Shown here one piece after another: positions 1 through 10,016 of a stretch of DNA of 64,000 bases (position 1 is its first letter; every line of letters starts with the position of its first letter). The DNA lies in IMG/VR virus record IMGVR_UViG_3300027816_000051, positions 224,261 through 288,260 of that record; one strand, written 5' to 3'. Below the pieces are notes generated by a model. The model had not been told where the DNA came from. It did no database searches and saw only the letters and a list, made by a program, of their open reading frames with translations. A program made the translations under genes and the position numbers.

Positions 1-407
1 GTGTCCTTACACTTTACAAAGTGAACATTATCTGGTCTACGCCAACCAAATTCTGCACCTTCACCCCAAACATTTCCTTTTACTTCATAAAGTTCGTAGG
101 TGTCCTCAAAGTTTTTCTTAATGAGTTCACCATTCTCACCAACCCAAAATGTTTCTTTTGAAATCGTTTCGGACTTAATAAGTGTGGGGTTCACTTCTTT
201 GTAAATGTTTTCCAAACCCAAACAACCTACGGCGATACGCCTCTGTTCAATGTTTTGAATTTCGGTTGTAATTTCTTTGAAAGTAATAGGAACAATATCT
301 TCCCAAATATCTTCCAAACCATTAAAGGGTGTATTACGATATTTTGTTTTTAATAAACGACAACCAATGTTGTAGTCAAAACGAGTGTTTTCAATTATGA
401 TTTTCAT
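1..407 (-). CDS. Hypothetical phage protein, partial (runs off window start); possibly DUF6745-associated family
   Basis: Not in ORF track; ATG at 407 gives MKIIIENTRFDYNIG...EQRRIAVGCLG...VHFVKCKDT, open to position 1; last visible gene of a tight 4-gene operon. Confidence 0.7.
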   Translation of the reverse strand, partial: MKIIIENTRFDYNIGCRLLKTKYRNTPFNGLEDIWEDIVPITFKEITTEIQNIEQRRIAVGCLGLENIYKEVNPTLIKSETISKETFWVGENGELIKKNFEDTYELYEVKGNVWGEGAEFGWRRPDNVHFVKCKD

Positions 408-427
408 TTCTTTTACTTTTTAATTGT

Positions 428-1081
428 TTACATATCACTTTCAGTCAATACCAAAAATTGTCTTGTTAGTGAAACGAATAATGTGTTATCTACAATTTTA
501 GGTAATACATCACTATCCACTTCTTCTGTGTTGAATTGAAACCAATCCTCTTGTTCGCCGTCTGCGTTTTCAAATTCGTGGTTCTCAACAACATCAGTAA
601 TCTTTTCCAATAATGTATCAGAAATCTGTTCTTCCTCATCATTGAGAATACAATCACCTTTGTAGTTAATTGAACTTCCGTCTTGACTGCCAACCAAATT
701 AAGGACTTTGGTTCTAATAAACTCAACCTCTTTTTCTGTGAGTTCAACAACAACTTCTTCTGTAAAACTCTCTGACCATTCCGCCTGTGCAGATTTGTAA
801 TACGAGAAAGTGGGGTTTTCCTCATCATCTTCATCAAGTGTAATCTCAACACTTCCAAATTCACCAATGTAGTGTCCGTCAGAGTTCACATAAAATTCTA
901 CTCTACGGAAAACATCATCATCAAAGAAACTATCAAGTTCACCACTCTCAACATCTTTGTTTTCTGAATTGTAAAAATTAAAGTGATAATCATTCATACT
1001 ATCACCACCACAACTAAATTCCATAGTTGCGCTTGTAATACCTAACTCTTTCCAGAGTGCGATTGCTTCATTAGTTTGCAT
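428..1081 (-). CDS. Acidic protein, DUF6878-like
   Basis: GITSATMEFSCGGDS resembles the DUF6878 N-terminus; overlaps the stop of the DUF6915-like gene. Confidence 0.6.
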   Translation of the reverse strand: MQTNEAIALWKELGITSATMEFSCGGDSMNDYHFNFYNSENKDVESGELDSFFDDDVFRRVEFYVNSDGHYIGEFGSVEITLDEDDEENPTFSYYKSAQAEWSESFTEEVVVELTEKEVEFIRTKVLNLVGSQDGSSINYKGDCILNDEEEQISDTLLEKITDVVENHEFENADGEQEDWFQFNTEEVDSDVLPKIVDNTLFVSLTRQFLVLTESDM

Positions 1082-1475
1082 ATTCGTGGATTTTTTGGTT
1101 TAATTGTTTAACTACTTCGTACGCTTCGGGGTTGTCTAAATCTTTTACCCCATTACACATCCAGGGTTGAACCTCTAAATGTTTAAGGTAATCTTGTGGG
1201 GTTGGAACGAACTTCATTCTAAAATCTTCTGCGATATGTAACATCGCAATATCAACAACATCAACTGACTTACCATCACTATTAGTAATGTTGTAACCGA
1301 AGATTTTTGGAATGATAGTGTATGCGAACCAAGTGTTGTGGGTGAGTAACCGAGAACTATTATTGTTCATTGTCGCTTTCGGACTATCAATAAGTTCGTG
1401 GATAGGTAAATAATCTTCTACCTTACCACCCCAACGCTTGACGCTGCTCTTTGAGTGAATTAGTGGGTTCGCCAT
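1071..1475 (-). CDS. DUF6915-like protein
   Basis: MANPLIHSKSSVKRWGGKVEDYLPIHELID...HIAED; start moved to ATG 1475. Confidence 0.7.
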   Translation of the reverse strand: MANPLIHSKSSVKRWGGKVEDYLPIHELIDSPKATMNNNSSRLLTHNTWFAYTIIPKIFGYNITNSDGKSVDVVDIAMLHIAEDFRMKFVPTPQDYLKHLEVQPWMCNGVKDLDNPEAYEVVKQLNQKIHEYAN

Positions 1476-1477
1476 AG

Positions 1478-1756
1478 TTAATCCCAAATTTGAGTGATAG
1501 TACCTTCAAACGGATTGTACTCAACTTGTTTTCCCATAACCCAATCACCTTGCTCAACTTTGAGTGGTTTGTGTTCGTTTGAGAAACTTCCATCGGGTTG
1601 TTCGTGTCTTAATACACTATCCTTTCTAACTTCAACTTCTGCGAAATCTGTTTGTGTTTCATCAACAATGAAATCACCATACAGAGTGTGCTGGTTAACA
1701 CCCTCACCCTTTAAGAGTGTGTGTTTTTTCTTCGGAGTTACTTTCTTGTTTTTCAT
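1478..1756 (-). CDS. Small conserved phage protein (GE..H / HE...EH / Q.EY family)
   Basis: LKGEGVNQH...LRHE...EHKPL...KQVEYNP...WD; first gene after promoter 1777-1784. Confidence 0.65.
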   Translation of the reverse strand: MKNKKVTPKKKHTLLKGEGVNQHTLYGDFIVDETQTDFAEVEVRKDSVLRHEQPDGSFSNEHKPLKVEQGDWVMGKQVEYNPFEGTITQIWD

Positions 1757-1859
1757 TTTTAGATTGTTTTATGGTACAAATATAAATCTATTTTTTGTAT
1801 AAGTGAATTTTTTTTTTATTTTTTTCGCCAAACAAAAATCACCCGTGAAGGTGATTTCG

Positions 1860-2081
1860 TCATTCGTTTCGTACAATATCTAATAGGTCATTCACAATTT
1901 CTTTTTTGGTTAATGAAAGAAGTTGATTACCTCTGAACGACAACAACTTAAAGGTATTCATTCCTTTAATACCTTTTTCACCCTCTACATAGTAATCCAT
2001 TTTCCACTTACCCAAATACTTAACATTCCCTATGTGTTTTACATAGTAGACATTACCGATAGTTAGTTTTTCTAAAACCAT
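1860..2081 (-). CDS. Hypothetical protein
   Basis: Start moved to ATG 2081 (MVLEKL), downstream of promoter 2100-2107; terminator follows. Confidence 0.7.
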   Translation of the reverse strand: MVLEKLTIGNVYYVKHIGNVKYLGKWKMDYYVEGEKGIKGMNTFKLLSFRGNQLLSLTKKEIVNDLLDIVRNE

Positions 2082-2203
2082 ATAAATTAATTTAGAACAC
2101 AAATATAAATCTATATTTTGTATAATCCAAATTTATTTTTATATTTCTTGCCAAACAAAAGTTATCCTGTGCTGCATCATCACCATCTTGGATACTTATT
2201 ATT

Positions 2204-2335
2204 ATGATAGAAGGGATACTTTATACATTAGGAGTTGAGTTCGTATTAGTCATTATATTGTTTTGTTATGAGTTAAGAAGACAACTAAAAGAAGATTATC
2301 AAGAGAAACCATTTAGATTCTGGGAAGATACATGA
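2204..2335 (+). CDS. 43-aa single-TM membrane peptide
   Basis: MIEGILYTLGVEFVLVIILFCYELRRQLKEDYQEKPFRFWEDT*; preceded by ATACTTATT, similar to RTATTTAT. Confidence 0.5.
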   Translation: MIEGILYTLGVEFVLVIILFCYELRRQLKEDYQEKPFRFWEDT

Positions 2336-2516
2336 ACATCTCCTGGTTGCGCGCAGCCCTCGATTTTGGTTGGCTCGAACCCAAAGTATTGATTTTATTG
2401 GGTTTAGAGTTTGCCAAACAATTTTCACTGTTTGCGCGTAGCTCACCATCAACTTTGGAGCAATAAAAAACCCCACATTTCTGTGGGGTTCTTATTAATT
2501 GAGTACCTAACCAATC

Positions 2517-3371
2517 TTAAACCAACTCAACCAATTCTTTGAAAATTTGACGTTCCCTTTGTCCATAGGTTCCAAACATCTTGTTTTCAGAGTTATCACC
2601 TTTACTTAAGGAATGTGTGGTGTACTTAGTAACCCCACTGAACAATCCCCAAAGGTTATCACCTTTCTCTTTTACTTCACCATTAAGGTCTACGTAGAAA
2701 CGAGAAAGACGATTACGAGTCACGGTCGACACATCTTTGTCACTATTCAAATCAACATCTTTCATGATATTGAACAATGTACGTGTAACCCAATCCTCTT
2801 GTTTCTTGGTCATCTTCGTTTCAGAAAGTTTCTTAATGTCTTCGAACATTTCTTTTTCTTCCACGAGTACCCCCTCCAAACCACGACAGATATCATCGAT
2901 TCTCATCTCCATGTTTTTGGTGTGACGAATTTTCGCATTCAAGTTACGGAACGCTGCGAAGAATGAATTCTGACAACTGATTGTAATATTACTTGGACCG
3001 AATGCCAAACTAGTTGACCCATCGAAGGAATTCACACCAGTGATGAAACCCTCAACTCTGTCATTGCCCAATTTCAAATCATTTGATTTCAATTGAAGGT
3101 ATACTTTCTCACCCCCACCAAAGTAACCACCTTTGTGAATTGGTAAACCAACCTGTTGAGATACCTTGTCTAGTAAATCAACCATCTGATGATTTTGATA
3201 AGGAAAGTAACCATCACCATGTACAGACAAAACAGTGTTTGTGTCCTCACGGATGATTGCTTTACTCTTAGGAACAATGATACCACTTTCTGTAGTGATA
3301 CTTTCTTCTCTTACGGTCCAATTTAGGCCGACTTTGTTGAGAACTTGCTGTGTGCGATTTTCTTGTGACAT
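2517..3371 (-). CDS. DUF932 (phage/plasmid-like TIGR03299-type) protein
   Basis: GLNWTV, Y.PYQN, NSFDGS, ISCQN, IRHTKN, NLWGLFSGVTKYTTH motifs; start moved to 3371. Confidence 0.85.
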   Translation of the reverse strand: MSQENRTQQVLNKVGLNWTVREESITTESGIIVPKSKAIIREDTNTVLSVHGDGYFPYQNHQMVDLLDKVSQQVGLPIHKGGYFGGGEKVYLQLKSNDLKLGNDRVEGFITGVNSFDGSTSLAFGPSNITISCQNSFFAAFRNLNAKIRHTKNMEMRIDDICRGLEGVLVEEKEMFEDIKKLSETKMTKKQEDWVTRTLFNIMKDVDLNSDKDVSTVTRNRLSRFYVDLNGEVKEKGDNLWGLFSGVTKYTTHSLSKGDNSENKMFGTYGQRERQIFKELVELV

Positions 3372-3633
3372 ATGGATGTTTTTTAATTTGATACAAATGT
3401 AATACACTTTTCATTATAATCCAAATAAATCTTTATTTTTTTTTTCTGACCCCAGAATTCACCGTACCATCTCAGAAATTGGTTGGCATCTGTCATACAC
3501 CCGCCAAACTAAATTGAACACGGGATTTGCCGGCGACGAATTTTTTTAGCAAACAAAAAACCCCCACATTTCTGTGAGGGTTCCTTAACCAAATAAAACT
3601 AATCTATGAACGACAAATCAAGTGTATTACACT

Positions 3634-3774
3634 TTAACCAAATATAGGAATTAAAACAAACATTGTCAATAGGAAAAACATAAGTATTACAATGCCACCC
3701 AAAATTCCATCCCAAAATTCCTTTCGGTCTTCTTGGTAAACTTCTTTGAAAGTTGAAAACATTTCCTTTAACAT
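3634..3774 (-). CDS. 46-aa membrane peptide
   Basis: MLKEMFS...GILGGIVILMFFLLTMFVLIPIFG; starts right after the upstream stop. Confidence 0.6.
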   Translation of the reverse strand: MLKEMFSTFKEVYQEDRKEFWDGILGGIVILMFFLLTMFVLIPIFG

Positions 3775-3775
3775 A

Positions 3776-4135
3776 TCAATAATTGTTTTGATTATCGTAG
3801 TTGTCTCGGTAAACTCTTTTACGAGGTTGGTTGGTTCGTTGACCATTCCAATGGCGGTCTCCATTACCACCATTTTCGTAGTATGAGTTATTAATCATTT
3901 CATCAACCGATGGAACTTCAAAGTCCATATCACAACTTCCATTCATCATCTTCCACTGAATTTCATAAATGGTTTTAATGTCTTCTTCAACATTGACATA
4001 TGTACCATCTATGTATTCAATCTTCGTTGCTATCTTGTCGTTTCTTTTATCCAAGATACTAAAAATGTTTTTGACATTTTGTAGATTGACAAGTGTTGGG
4101 GTTCCTTTACCTTGATAAGTGAGTTTAATTAACAT
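3776..4135 (-). CDS. Hypothetical protein, weak FlbD-like N-terminus
   Basis: MLIKLT...LVN...TKIEYIDGTYVNVEEDIKTI; own promoter 4159-4166. Confidence 0.6.
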   Translation of the reverse strand: MLIKLTYQGKGTPTLVNLQNVKNIFSILDKRNDKIATKIEYIDGTYVNVEEDIKTIYEIQWKMMNGSCDMDFEVPSVDEMINNSYYENGGNGDRHWNGQRTNQPRKRVYRDNYDNQNNY

Positions 4136-4228
4136 TTTTTGTTTTTTTAATTATTGGACAAATATACAAATGAATTTTTGGAATATACAAACGATTGTGC
4201 CAATCAAAATCGGCGGTTCACCATCTCC

Positions 4229-4474
4229 TCAGATATTTCCCGAAAAGACAAGAAAATTGTTGGGTGGTAAATAAGTGTCGGGAGTGTCAATGATTTCATA
4301 TTCATCTTCACCCTCAACTACACCAAGAGTCCTACCACTATCCCAACGGACATTGATAACACCATGACCAACATGATAAATTGTTCCCATTGAACCTTCC
4401 TCAACGGGGTTAGGGTCGTTCTCCATTGAAACGAGACGAATTCTTTTTCCGATTAATTTTTCGTTTATTTTCAT
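4229..4474 (-). CDS. DUF4314 domain protein
   Basis: GKRIRLVSMENDPNPVEEGSMGTI...VRWDSGRTLGVVEGED. Confidence 0.8.
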   Translation of the reverse strand: MKINEKLIGKRIRLVSMENDPNPVEEGSMGTIYHVGHGVINVRWDSGRTLGVVEGEDEYEIIDTPDTYLPPNNFLVFSGNI

Positions 4475-4549
4475 ATCTGTATTAGTTTATTAATACAAAT
4501 ATACAACTTATTTTATGATATCCAAATTTTTTTTAGGATATTTTGCCAA

Positions 4550-4855
4550 TCAAATTGATGTCAATCTGAATATTCGTTTGAACTCTTTTTCAATTCTTCT
4601 GAATCTTATTTCGTCTTTTTCTCTAACATAACGCGATATTGTTTTGTTAAATTGAAAGTTAGAACGAGTAAGAAGATAGATAAATTTTCTCCTCTCCACT
4701 TTGTGACCTTCAAAGTTGTATGCCCATTCAACATCAACCGAAATATAATTTTCAGTTTCAATGATGTCACACACTTTACCTTCTTTTTCCGATTTTTTTA
4801 GGTAGTTCATTACTTCCTCATCGGTATTCAATGATATGTCGTTATAGTTTTTCAT
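4550..4855 (-). CDS. Hypothetical protein, possibly leaderless mRNA
   Basis: ATG 4855 lies 5 nt from the -7 box at 4860-4867. Confidence 0.65.
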   Translation of the reverse strand: MKNYNDISLNTDEEVMNYLKKSEKEGKVCDIIETENYISVDVEWAYNFEGHKVERRKFIYLLTRSNFQFNKTISRYVREKDEIRFRRIEKEFKRIFRLTSI

Positions 4856-5090
4856 AATACAAATATACAATTCATTTTATGATATCCAAATTTATTTTAA
4901 AATATCCAATAACACCATCTACTGTTTCACCCGGCGTCGTAAAAATTTTGGTTGGCTGACCACATAAAACACTTAAATATAATAGGTTATCCGCCAAACA
5001 AAATCCCCACCAGGCGTGGGCTGGGCGAATTCTGGTATAAAAAAAAATCCCCGACTTTCGCCGAGGACTTTTCACCTAACCAAACAAAAT

Positions 5091-5498
5091 CTATTCGTAT
5101 TCTTCTGCGTACAATTCACCCGTGAGGTACATGTCGTAAGTTTTTACTTCACCCTCCAACACTTCGGTTACTTTGTCAATAAGACTTTGGGTAATTTTCT
5201 TTACTCCATATTCTTCACGGACTTTCTTCTTTGAAACAAAGTACCAACCAACTTGTCCACTATCCCAACGACAACTGAACGGACTTGTGTTCATTGTAAT
5301 TCCCGAGTGGTCGTACAAGTAAAGAGGTAAGATAACACAAACATCTTCTTCTTTGATGATTGCGTTTTTCATTTCTTCCCAACCATTGTAGTTATTGTGG
5401 TTGTAGTCGTGTTTGTCTCCAAGGTCGTAACGTCCGTGAAAACACACCATTTTTCCGAGGTTGTCCCAACTCCGTGGGTTGTCAAAATCTTGATACAT
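5091..5498 (-). CDS. Conserved phage/mobile-element hypothetical protein
   Basis: NPRSWDNLGKMVCFH...LPLYLYDHSGITM...WDSGQVGW; own promoter and terminator. Confidence 0.75.
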   Translation of the reverse strand: MYQDFDNPRSWDNLGKMVCFHGRYDLGDKHDYNHNNYNGWEEMKNAIIKEEDVCVILPLYLYDHSGITMNTSPFSCRWDSGQVGWYFVSKKKVREEYGVKKITQSLIDKVTEVLEGEVKTYDMYLTGELYAEEYE

Positions 5499-5539
5499 AG
5501 TCGTTATTATTTATTGGTTTATACAAATATATAACAATT

Positions 5540-5698
5540 TTATTCGTTTACCAAATCTTTTTTGCCAAACTTTATTCGTCTGTACGCCTTCGCCGAAGGT
5601 TTCGACTTCTGTAACATTTTCCTACGGACTATTTGTGCGACGTGTCTCACACTTAATCCATTAAGGGTTTCATTCTTCATAGTTAAATTCGGTTTCAT
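5540..5698 (-). CDS. Small basic protein
   Basis: Not in track; (MKPNLT)MKNETLNGLSVRHVAQIVRRKMLQKSKPSAKAYRRIKFGKKDLVNE*; alternative start 5680. Confidence 0.55.
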   Translation of the reverse strand: MKPNLTMKNETLNGLSVRHVAQIVRRKMLQKSKPSAKAYRRIKFGKKDLVNE

Positions 5699-5831
5699 CT
5701 TCTATTTCTTTAAGTTTTTGTTCAAACTCATTTCTCATTTCATCGGTATCAAAGATTGGTTGTTTAGTTTCATCATCAATGTAATAGTAAACACCGACTT
5801 TGATTTCCGTTGGGATTGATTTCTTACTCAT
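5670..5831 (-). CDS. 53-aa acidic protein
   Basis: Not in track; MSKKSIPTEIKVGVYYYIDDETKQPIFDTDEMRNEFEQKLKEIEDETEFNYEE*; promoter 5852-5859. Confidence 0.7.
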   Translation of the reverse strand: MSKKSIPTEIKVGVYYYIDDETKQPIFDTDEMRNEFEQKLKEIEDETEFNYEE

Positions 5832-6107
5832 AGTAATTATGTATTACGATACAAATATAAAACTATATTCAGTATAATCCAAATTTTTTTTCATACCTGT
5901 CGTCTCCATCCCACAAATTGTTTGGCGTGTTGTTTAATGTTTTGACCGAAAGATTAAACAAAACATATAGTGTAATACGCCTTTATTGAGTGTCATACAG
6001 TGCCAACCAAATTTAGGATACAGCACGTGCTGTGAGGTGAAACTAAAACGCAACAAAAAAGGGTAACATTTCTGCTACCCTTTTCCACCGCAACCGAGTT
6101 AAACCAA

Positions 6108-6656
6108 TTAAATCGACAAGTACAGGCGGTTGTGGTTGTATAGTGCGACTGGGTTTTCTTCCGCAATCTTACCATATTCCTTTTTAATGATTTCGTACAT
6201 TCTATCTTGTGGTTCGTTAATACACTCCGATAAAAGTTCACAAAAACCATAGTTACTTTCATCAACTACTTCTTGTTCGGTACCAGGTAAACCACAATAG
6301 TACGCTTCCCCTACTTCGGAAATAAACATTCCCGAATAAAAACCTTTCAACTTAAAGTGATTAACGAATTTGTCCGCGTTACACCAAATAAAAATTGAAT
6401 TGTCTTTTTCTTTTAATAGGTACACCATACTTTCATCAATGATGAAACCATTTGAACCAGGAAATTGTCCAACCGAGAACAATCCCATAGGTGCTCCGTG
6501 TCCACACATTATTACTCTGTCGTGGGCGTCGATAAGTTTTCTAACTTCTTCTTTTGTTACCCCACCCGTGATAATTGTCTTATTCGGTATAGGTTCGTAC
6601 ACAATATCTAAAAATTGTGTCGATTTGTCTTTTGGATGAATTACAAGTGTTTTCAT
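6108..6656 (-). CDS. Hypothetical protein with caspase/gingipain-like His-Gly...Cys motifs
   Basis: VIMCGHG and IFIWCNA; start moved to 6656. Confidence 0.55.
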   Translation of the reverse strand: MKTLVIHPKDKSTQFLDIVYEPIPNKTIITGGVTKEEVRKLIDAHDRVIMCGHGAPMGLFSVGQFPGSNGFIIDESMVYLLKEKDNSIFIWCNADKFVNHFKLKGFYSGMFISEVGEAYYCGLPGTEQEVVDESNYGFCELLSECINEPQDRMYEIIKKEYGKIAEENPVALYNHNRLYLSI

Positions 6657-6926
6657 TATTTTGTCGATTTTATGATACAAAGATATAACGAGTTTTTTAT
6701 TCTACCAAATTTATTTTTATTTTTCTTGCCAACTAACCAAATAGTAACTTACCATTCGGTAACATCTCAGAACCGCTGCGTCGGGAAAATTTTGGTTGGC
6801 GTTCTTACAATCTGTAAAGTAAAAACCTACTAATCTGTAAAGTGGATGCCAAACAATTTTCACCCTGAACCGTGACTCAGGACTTCAGGTCATAAAAAAA
6901 CCCCAACTTTCGTTGAGGTCTTGTCT

Positions 6927-7139
6927 TTACTCTTCTTCACTATCCCGAAAAATTTGAATCGCTTCGTTGAACAATTCATTCTGTAATTGAAATAGTGTAT
7001 ATCCACTCTTAATACATTCATCTACCCAATCATTATCACCTTCAAAAATTCCTTCCCAACTTCTATTCGGTGGTAAACCCATTTCGTTTTCGGTTTGAAT
7101 ATGTTGGTAAATTAAACCAACAACTTCTTGTCTTGTCAT
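6927..7139 (-). CDS. Hypothetical protein
   Basis: Start 7139 (MTRQEV) after promoter 7162-7169; flanked by direct repeats at 6848 and 7212. Confidence 0.7.
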   Translation of the reverse strand: MTRQEVVGLIYQHIQTENEMGLPPNRSWEGIFEGDNDWVDECIKSGYTLFQLQNELFNEAIQIFRDSEEE

Positions 7140-7292
7140 TTTAATTAGTTTTGGTGAAACACAAAGATAAAACATTTTTTCGTATAATCCAAATTTTTTT
7201 ATATCTTTCTTGCCAACCAATTTTCACCCTGAACCGTGACTCAAGTTCTTCAGGTCATAAAAAAACCCCCACCTTTCGGTGAGGGTTCGTTG

Positions 7293-7595
7293 TTAAAAAA
7301 CTTCGGGTTCAAACTCAATTTGTGGGATACCCAATAGTTCGTAATCATCAAATTCCCCCCAATCGGGTTCATTGAAATAACGAAAACGGACATCCATAGT
7401 TCCATCTTCGTTCCACCAAATACGGACTTGGGTTCGGTGGTCGGAAATAAAAAACCCTTCAAGTTGTTCCAACTTCTCAATTAGAGGTTGAACATCCGAA
7501 TCGTCAATAGTTACTTCTTCGTTATTAACGAGGAAATCATCAACACATTCACAATTACCATCGTAGTCGATAGAGAAATCAATGTACTTTTCCAT
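7293..7595 (-). CDS. Highly acidic hypothetical protein
   Basis: Own promoter and terminator; D/E-rich. Confidence 0.75.
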   Translation of the reverse strand: MEKYIDFSIDYDGNCECVDDFLVNNEEVTIDDSDVQPLIEKLEQLEGFFISDHRTQVRIWWNEDGTMDVRFRYFNEPDWGEFDDYELLGIPQIEFEPEVF

Positions 7596-7884
7596 TTTGT
7601 TTTTTTTGTTTTATTGGTTTAACAATACAAATATAAATCAAATTTTAATATACACAACATTTGAGTATATTTTTTTTTATCTATTTTGCCAAACTACCAC
7701 GAAACAGATGACCACCTGTCGTCAAATCCGAAAAATTGTTTGGCGTAGGTGTAATACAATGTATGATAGTGTCATACAACGCCAACCAAAATTCCGAGCT
7801 GCAACTGTGCAGCTCCACTGCACACATCCGAGCAAAAAAAATCCCCGACTTTCGCCGAGGACTTTCCACCTAACTAAACCAAAC

Positions 7885-8259
7885 CTAATATGAACCAAAC
7901 CTTTCTTTTAACGCCACGTCAAACGCGGACATAAATGTTACTTGTTCTTTGACTTCTTCAAGTGAAAGTTTGGTATCACCATTTTCACCCGTTTCATCAT
8001 CGTAACCCATTATCAACCCATTACCCGATAGAGGTTGTCGGTAATTTTTCAACTTGAAAAACTTTGTGTTTTCATCAACACTCATTATACCTTCTTCATC
8101 AACATACACATCGTTTTCGTTGTTGTAACTAACAATCTCAAAAATAGAACACTTTAAGTGTCCATAGATACTTGGTAACTGACTACCAGTTTCATCACGA
8201 ACAACTTCAACTTCGGAAATTGTTTTGTTTTCTACGTCGATTAAAATTCCTCTTGACAT
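7885..8259 (-). CDS. DUF3846 domain protein
   Basis: VYVDEEG...LSGNGLIMGYD..GE. Confidence 0.75.
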   Translation of the reverse strand: MSRGILIDVENKTISEVEVVRDETGSQLPSIYGHLKCSIFEIVSYNNENDVYVDEEGIMSVDENTKFFKLKNYRQPLSGNGLIMGYDDETGENGDTKLSLEEVKEQVTFMSAFDVALKERFGSY

Positions 8260-8354
8260 TTCTTTTTTGTTTTATTGGTTTAACGATACAAATATAATAC
8301 TATTTCTTTTATATTCCAAATCTTTTTTTGCCAATCAAATTCCAACATCTCCCG

Positions 8355-8570
8355 TCAGGAGGTCAGGTATTTCTTGTCTTTGACAAATTTGAGGTGTCTA
8401 CATTCCTCAATAGTCAATCCCACAAATTCGTTGGGAGTGAAACTGATTTCATCGGGATAGTAGTCGAACAAAAATTCTTCTTGTCCATTTTCCATTGTAA
8501 CCCACACTTGGGGCATCGGGTCGAACAAACTCTTTGGTTGTTCCGTAATACGAGATGAGATAACTTTCAT
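8355..8570 (-). CDS. Hypothetical protein
   Basis: LFDYYPDEISFTPNEFVGLT; promoter 8596-8603. Confidence 0.75.
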   Translation of the reverse strand: MKVISSRITEQPKSLFDPMPQVWVTMENGQEEFLFDYYPDEISFTPNEFVGLTIEECRHLKFVKDKKYLTS

Positions 8571-8838
8571 GATTTTGTCTATTGGTTTAACTATACAAAT
8601 ATAAAACTATTTTTCTTATATACCAAATTTATTTTTATTTTTCTCAGAACCGTCGTCCGTATCCAAAAATTGGTTGGCGTAGGTGTAATACGATACTCAC
8701 TATTTGTCATACGGCGCCAAACAATTTTCCTTCAGGGCCCTGACTCAAGTCCTGAAATGTTCACCTTATCAATAAGGGAAACAAATAAAAAACCCCCACC
8801 ATTACTGATGAGGGTTAGTCTGAACCAACAAACTAAAT

Positions 8839-9243
8839 TCAATTTAAACAAAGATTTTTCATAAGGTCGGAAACTTGGTAAGGTTTATAAAAATCAAAAA
8901 CCTCTTGATGTTTTTCATCGGTTACAAAATTGTGGAACTCAACATTCAAAACGCCCTTGTCAAAGGTTGTTTCAACACTACACAAAATTTCGTGTCCATC
9001 CCTTTCAATGATTTGTGGAACAACTCGGTCGTACACCATTCTACCGATTGGGTCGTTTGGTACTGGTCCACCACCAACACCATACTCGGTTTCCCCTTCT
9101 TCGTTTACTTTTTTCAAAAGGTACATTTTTACATTGGGTACACTATCGTTTGTTCCCAACATTTCTTCGGTACTCACTTTTGCGGAGTGTGTCATTCCTT
9201 GAATAAAATCTCTGATTTCTTCAATGTCTTTGTAATTGTTCAT
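8839..9243 (-). CDS. Hypothetical protein
   Basis: Start moved to 9243 (MNNYKD); promoter 9273-9280. Confidence 0.7.
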   Translation of the reverse strand: MNNYKDIEEIRDFIQGMTHSAKVSTEEMLGTNDSVPNVKMYLLKKVNEEGETEYGVGGGPVPNDPIGRMVYDRVVPQIIERDGHEILCSVETTFDKGVLNVEFHNFVTDEKHQEVFDFYKPYQVSDLMKNLCLN

Positions 9244-9513
9244 ACTTGTTCTTTTTATTTGGTTTAACAATACGAATATAATATGATTAAACGGATATTC
9301 CAAATAAATTTATATTTTTTTTGCCAACTTACGATACAAGATGTCGAGGGACAGAAGACGGATTTTGATTTTTGGTTGGCGAGCGTAATACGATAATACC
9401 AATGTGTAATACCCCGCCAAACAATTTTCTACGCTGCTCAAATCCACCACAGAACCTCGTGTAAATAAAAAACCCCCAACTTTCGTTGAGGGTTAATTAC
9501 CATTTTGGAATTT

Positions 9514-9720
9514 TTAGAACCTTTGAGGTTGTGGTTTCTTTTTACTCTTGATGTAATTTTTGATGTCCTCAAACAAAATGATAAAGAACATACCAATACC
9601 CATACAAGAAAATAAGAACATACCCATTTGATTGTCTACGGGAATATCCCAAGTTAATGATACCCACATTGAGTAAACAATGAACCCGATGATTGCGATG
9701 TAAGGAAATAACTTTTTCAT
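9514..9720 (-). CDS. Small 2-TM membrane protein
   Basis: Two hydrophobic segments, basic C-tail; own promoter and terminator. Confidence 0.75.
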   Translation of the reverse strand: MKKLFPYIAIIGFIVYSMWVSLTWDIPVDNQMGMFLFSCMGIGMFFIILFEDIKNYIKSKKKPQPQRF

Positions 9721-9818
9721 AATTGTTTCTTTTGTTTGGTTTAACGATACAAATATAATATAAGTTTCAATATAAACAACATTTTTTTATATCTATTTTG
9801 CCAACTTGATAACACCAA

Positions 9819-10016
9819 CAACTTCTCCTTCGAGCAACAGCGCATGGTTGGAAATTAGATTGGCGGTTTTAGCAACACCTAAAGCATTTAGCAACTTCTC
9901 CTTCGAGCAATTGCGCATGAGGGAAATTAGATTGGCGGTTTTAGCAACACCTAAAGCATTTAGCAACTTCTCCTTCGAGCAATTGCGCATGAGGGAAATT
10001 AGATTGGCGGTTTTAG
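9819..10016. repeat. 72/73-bp tandem repeat, about 2.7 copies
   Basis: Units start at 9819, 9892, 9964 (caacttctccttcgagcaa...gaaattagattggcggttttag...); each carries a TTGGC box. Confidence 0.95.

Noticed and set aside
4872-7869. Paralogous-looking ORFs MKSPRRKSGIFF (4872-5075) and MESPRRKSGIFF (7681-7869)
   Set aside because: Similarity comes from the duplicated terminator block; they run through terminator and promoter DNA
9819-10016. Possible CRISPR array
   Set aside because: Units are contiguous near-identical copies without unique spacers; no cas genes in the window
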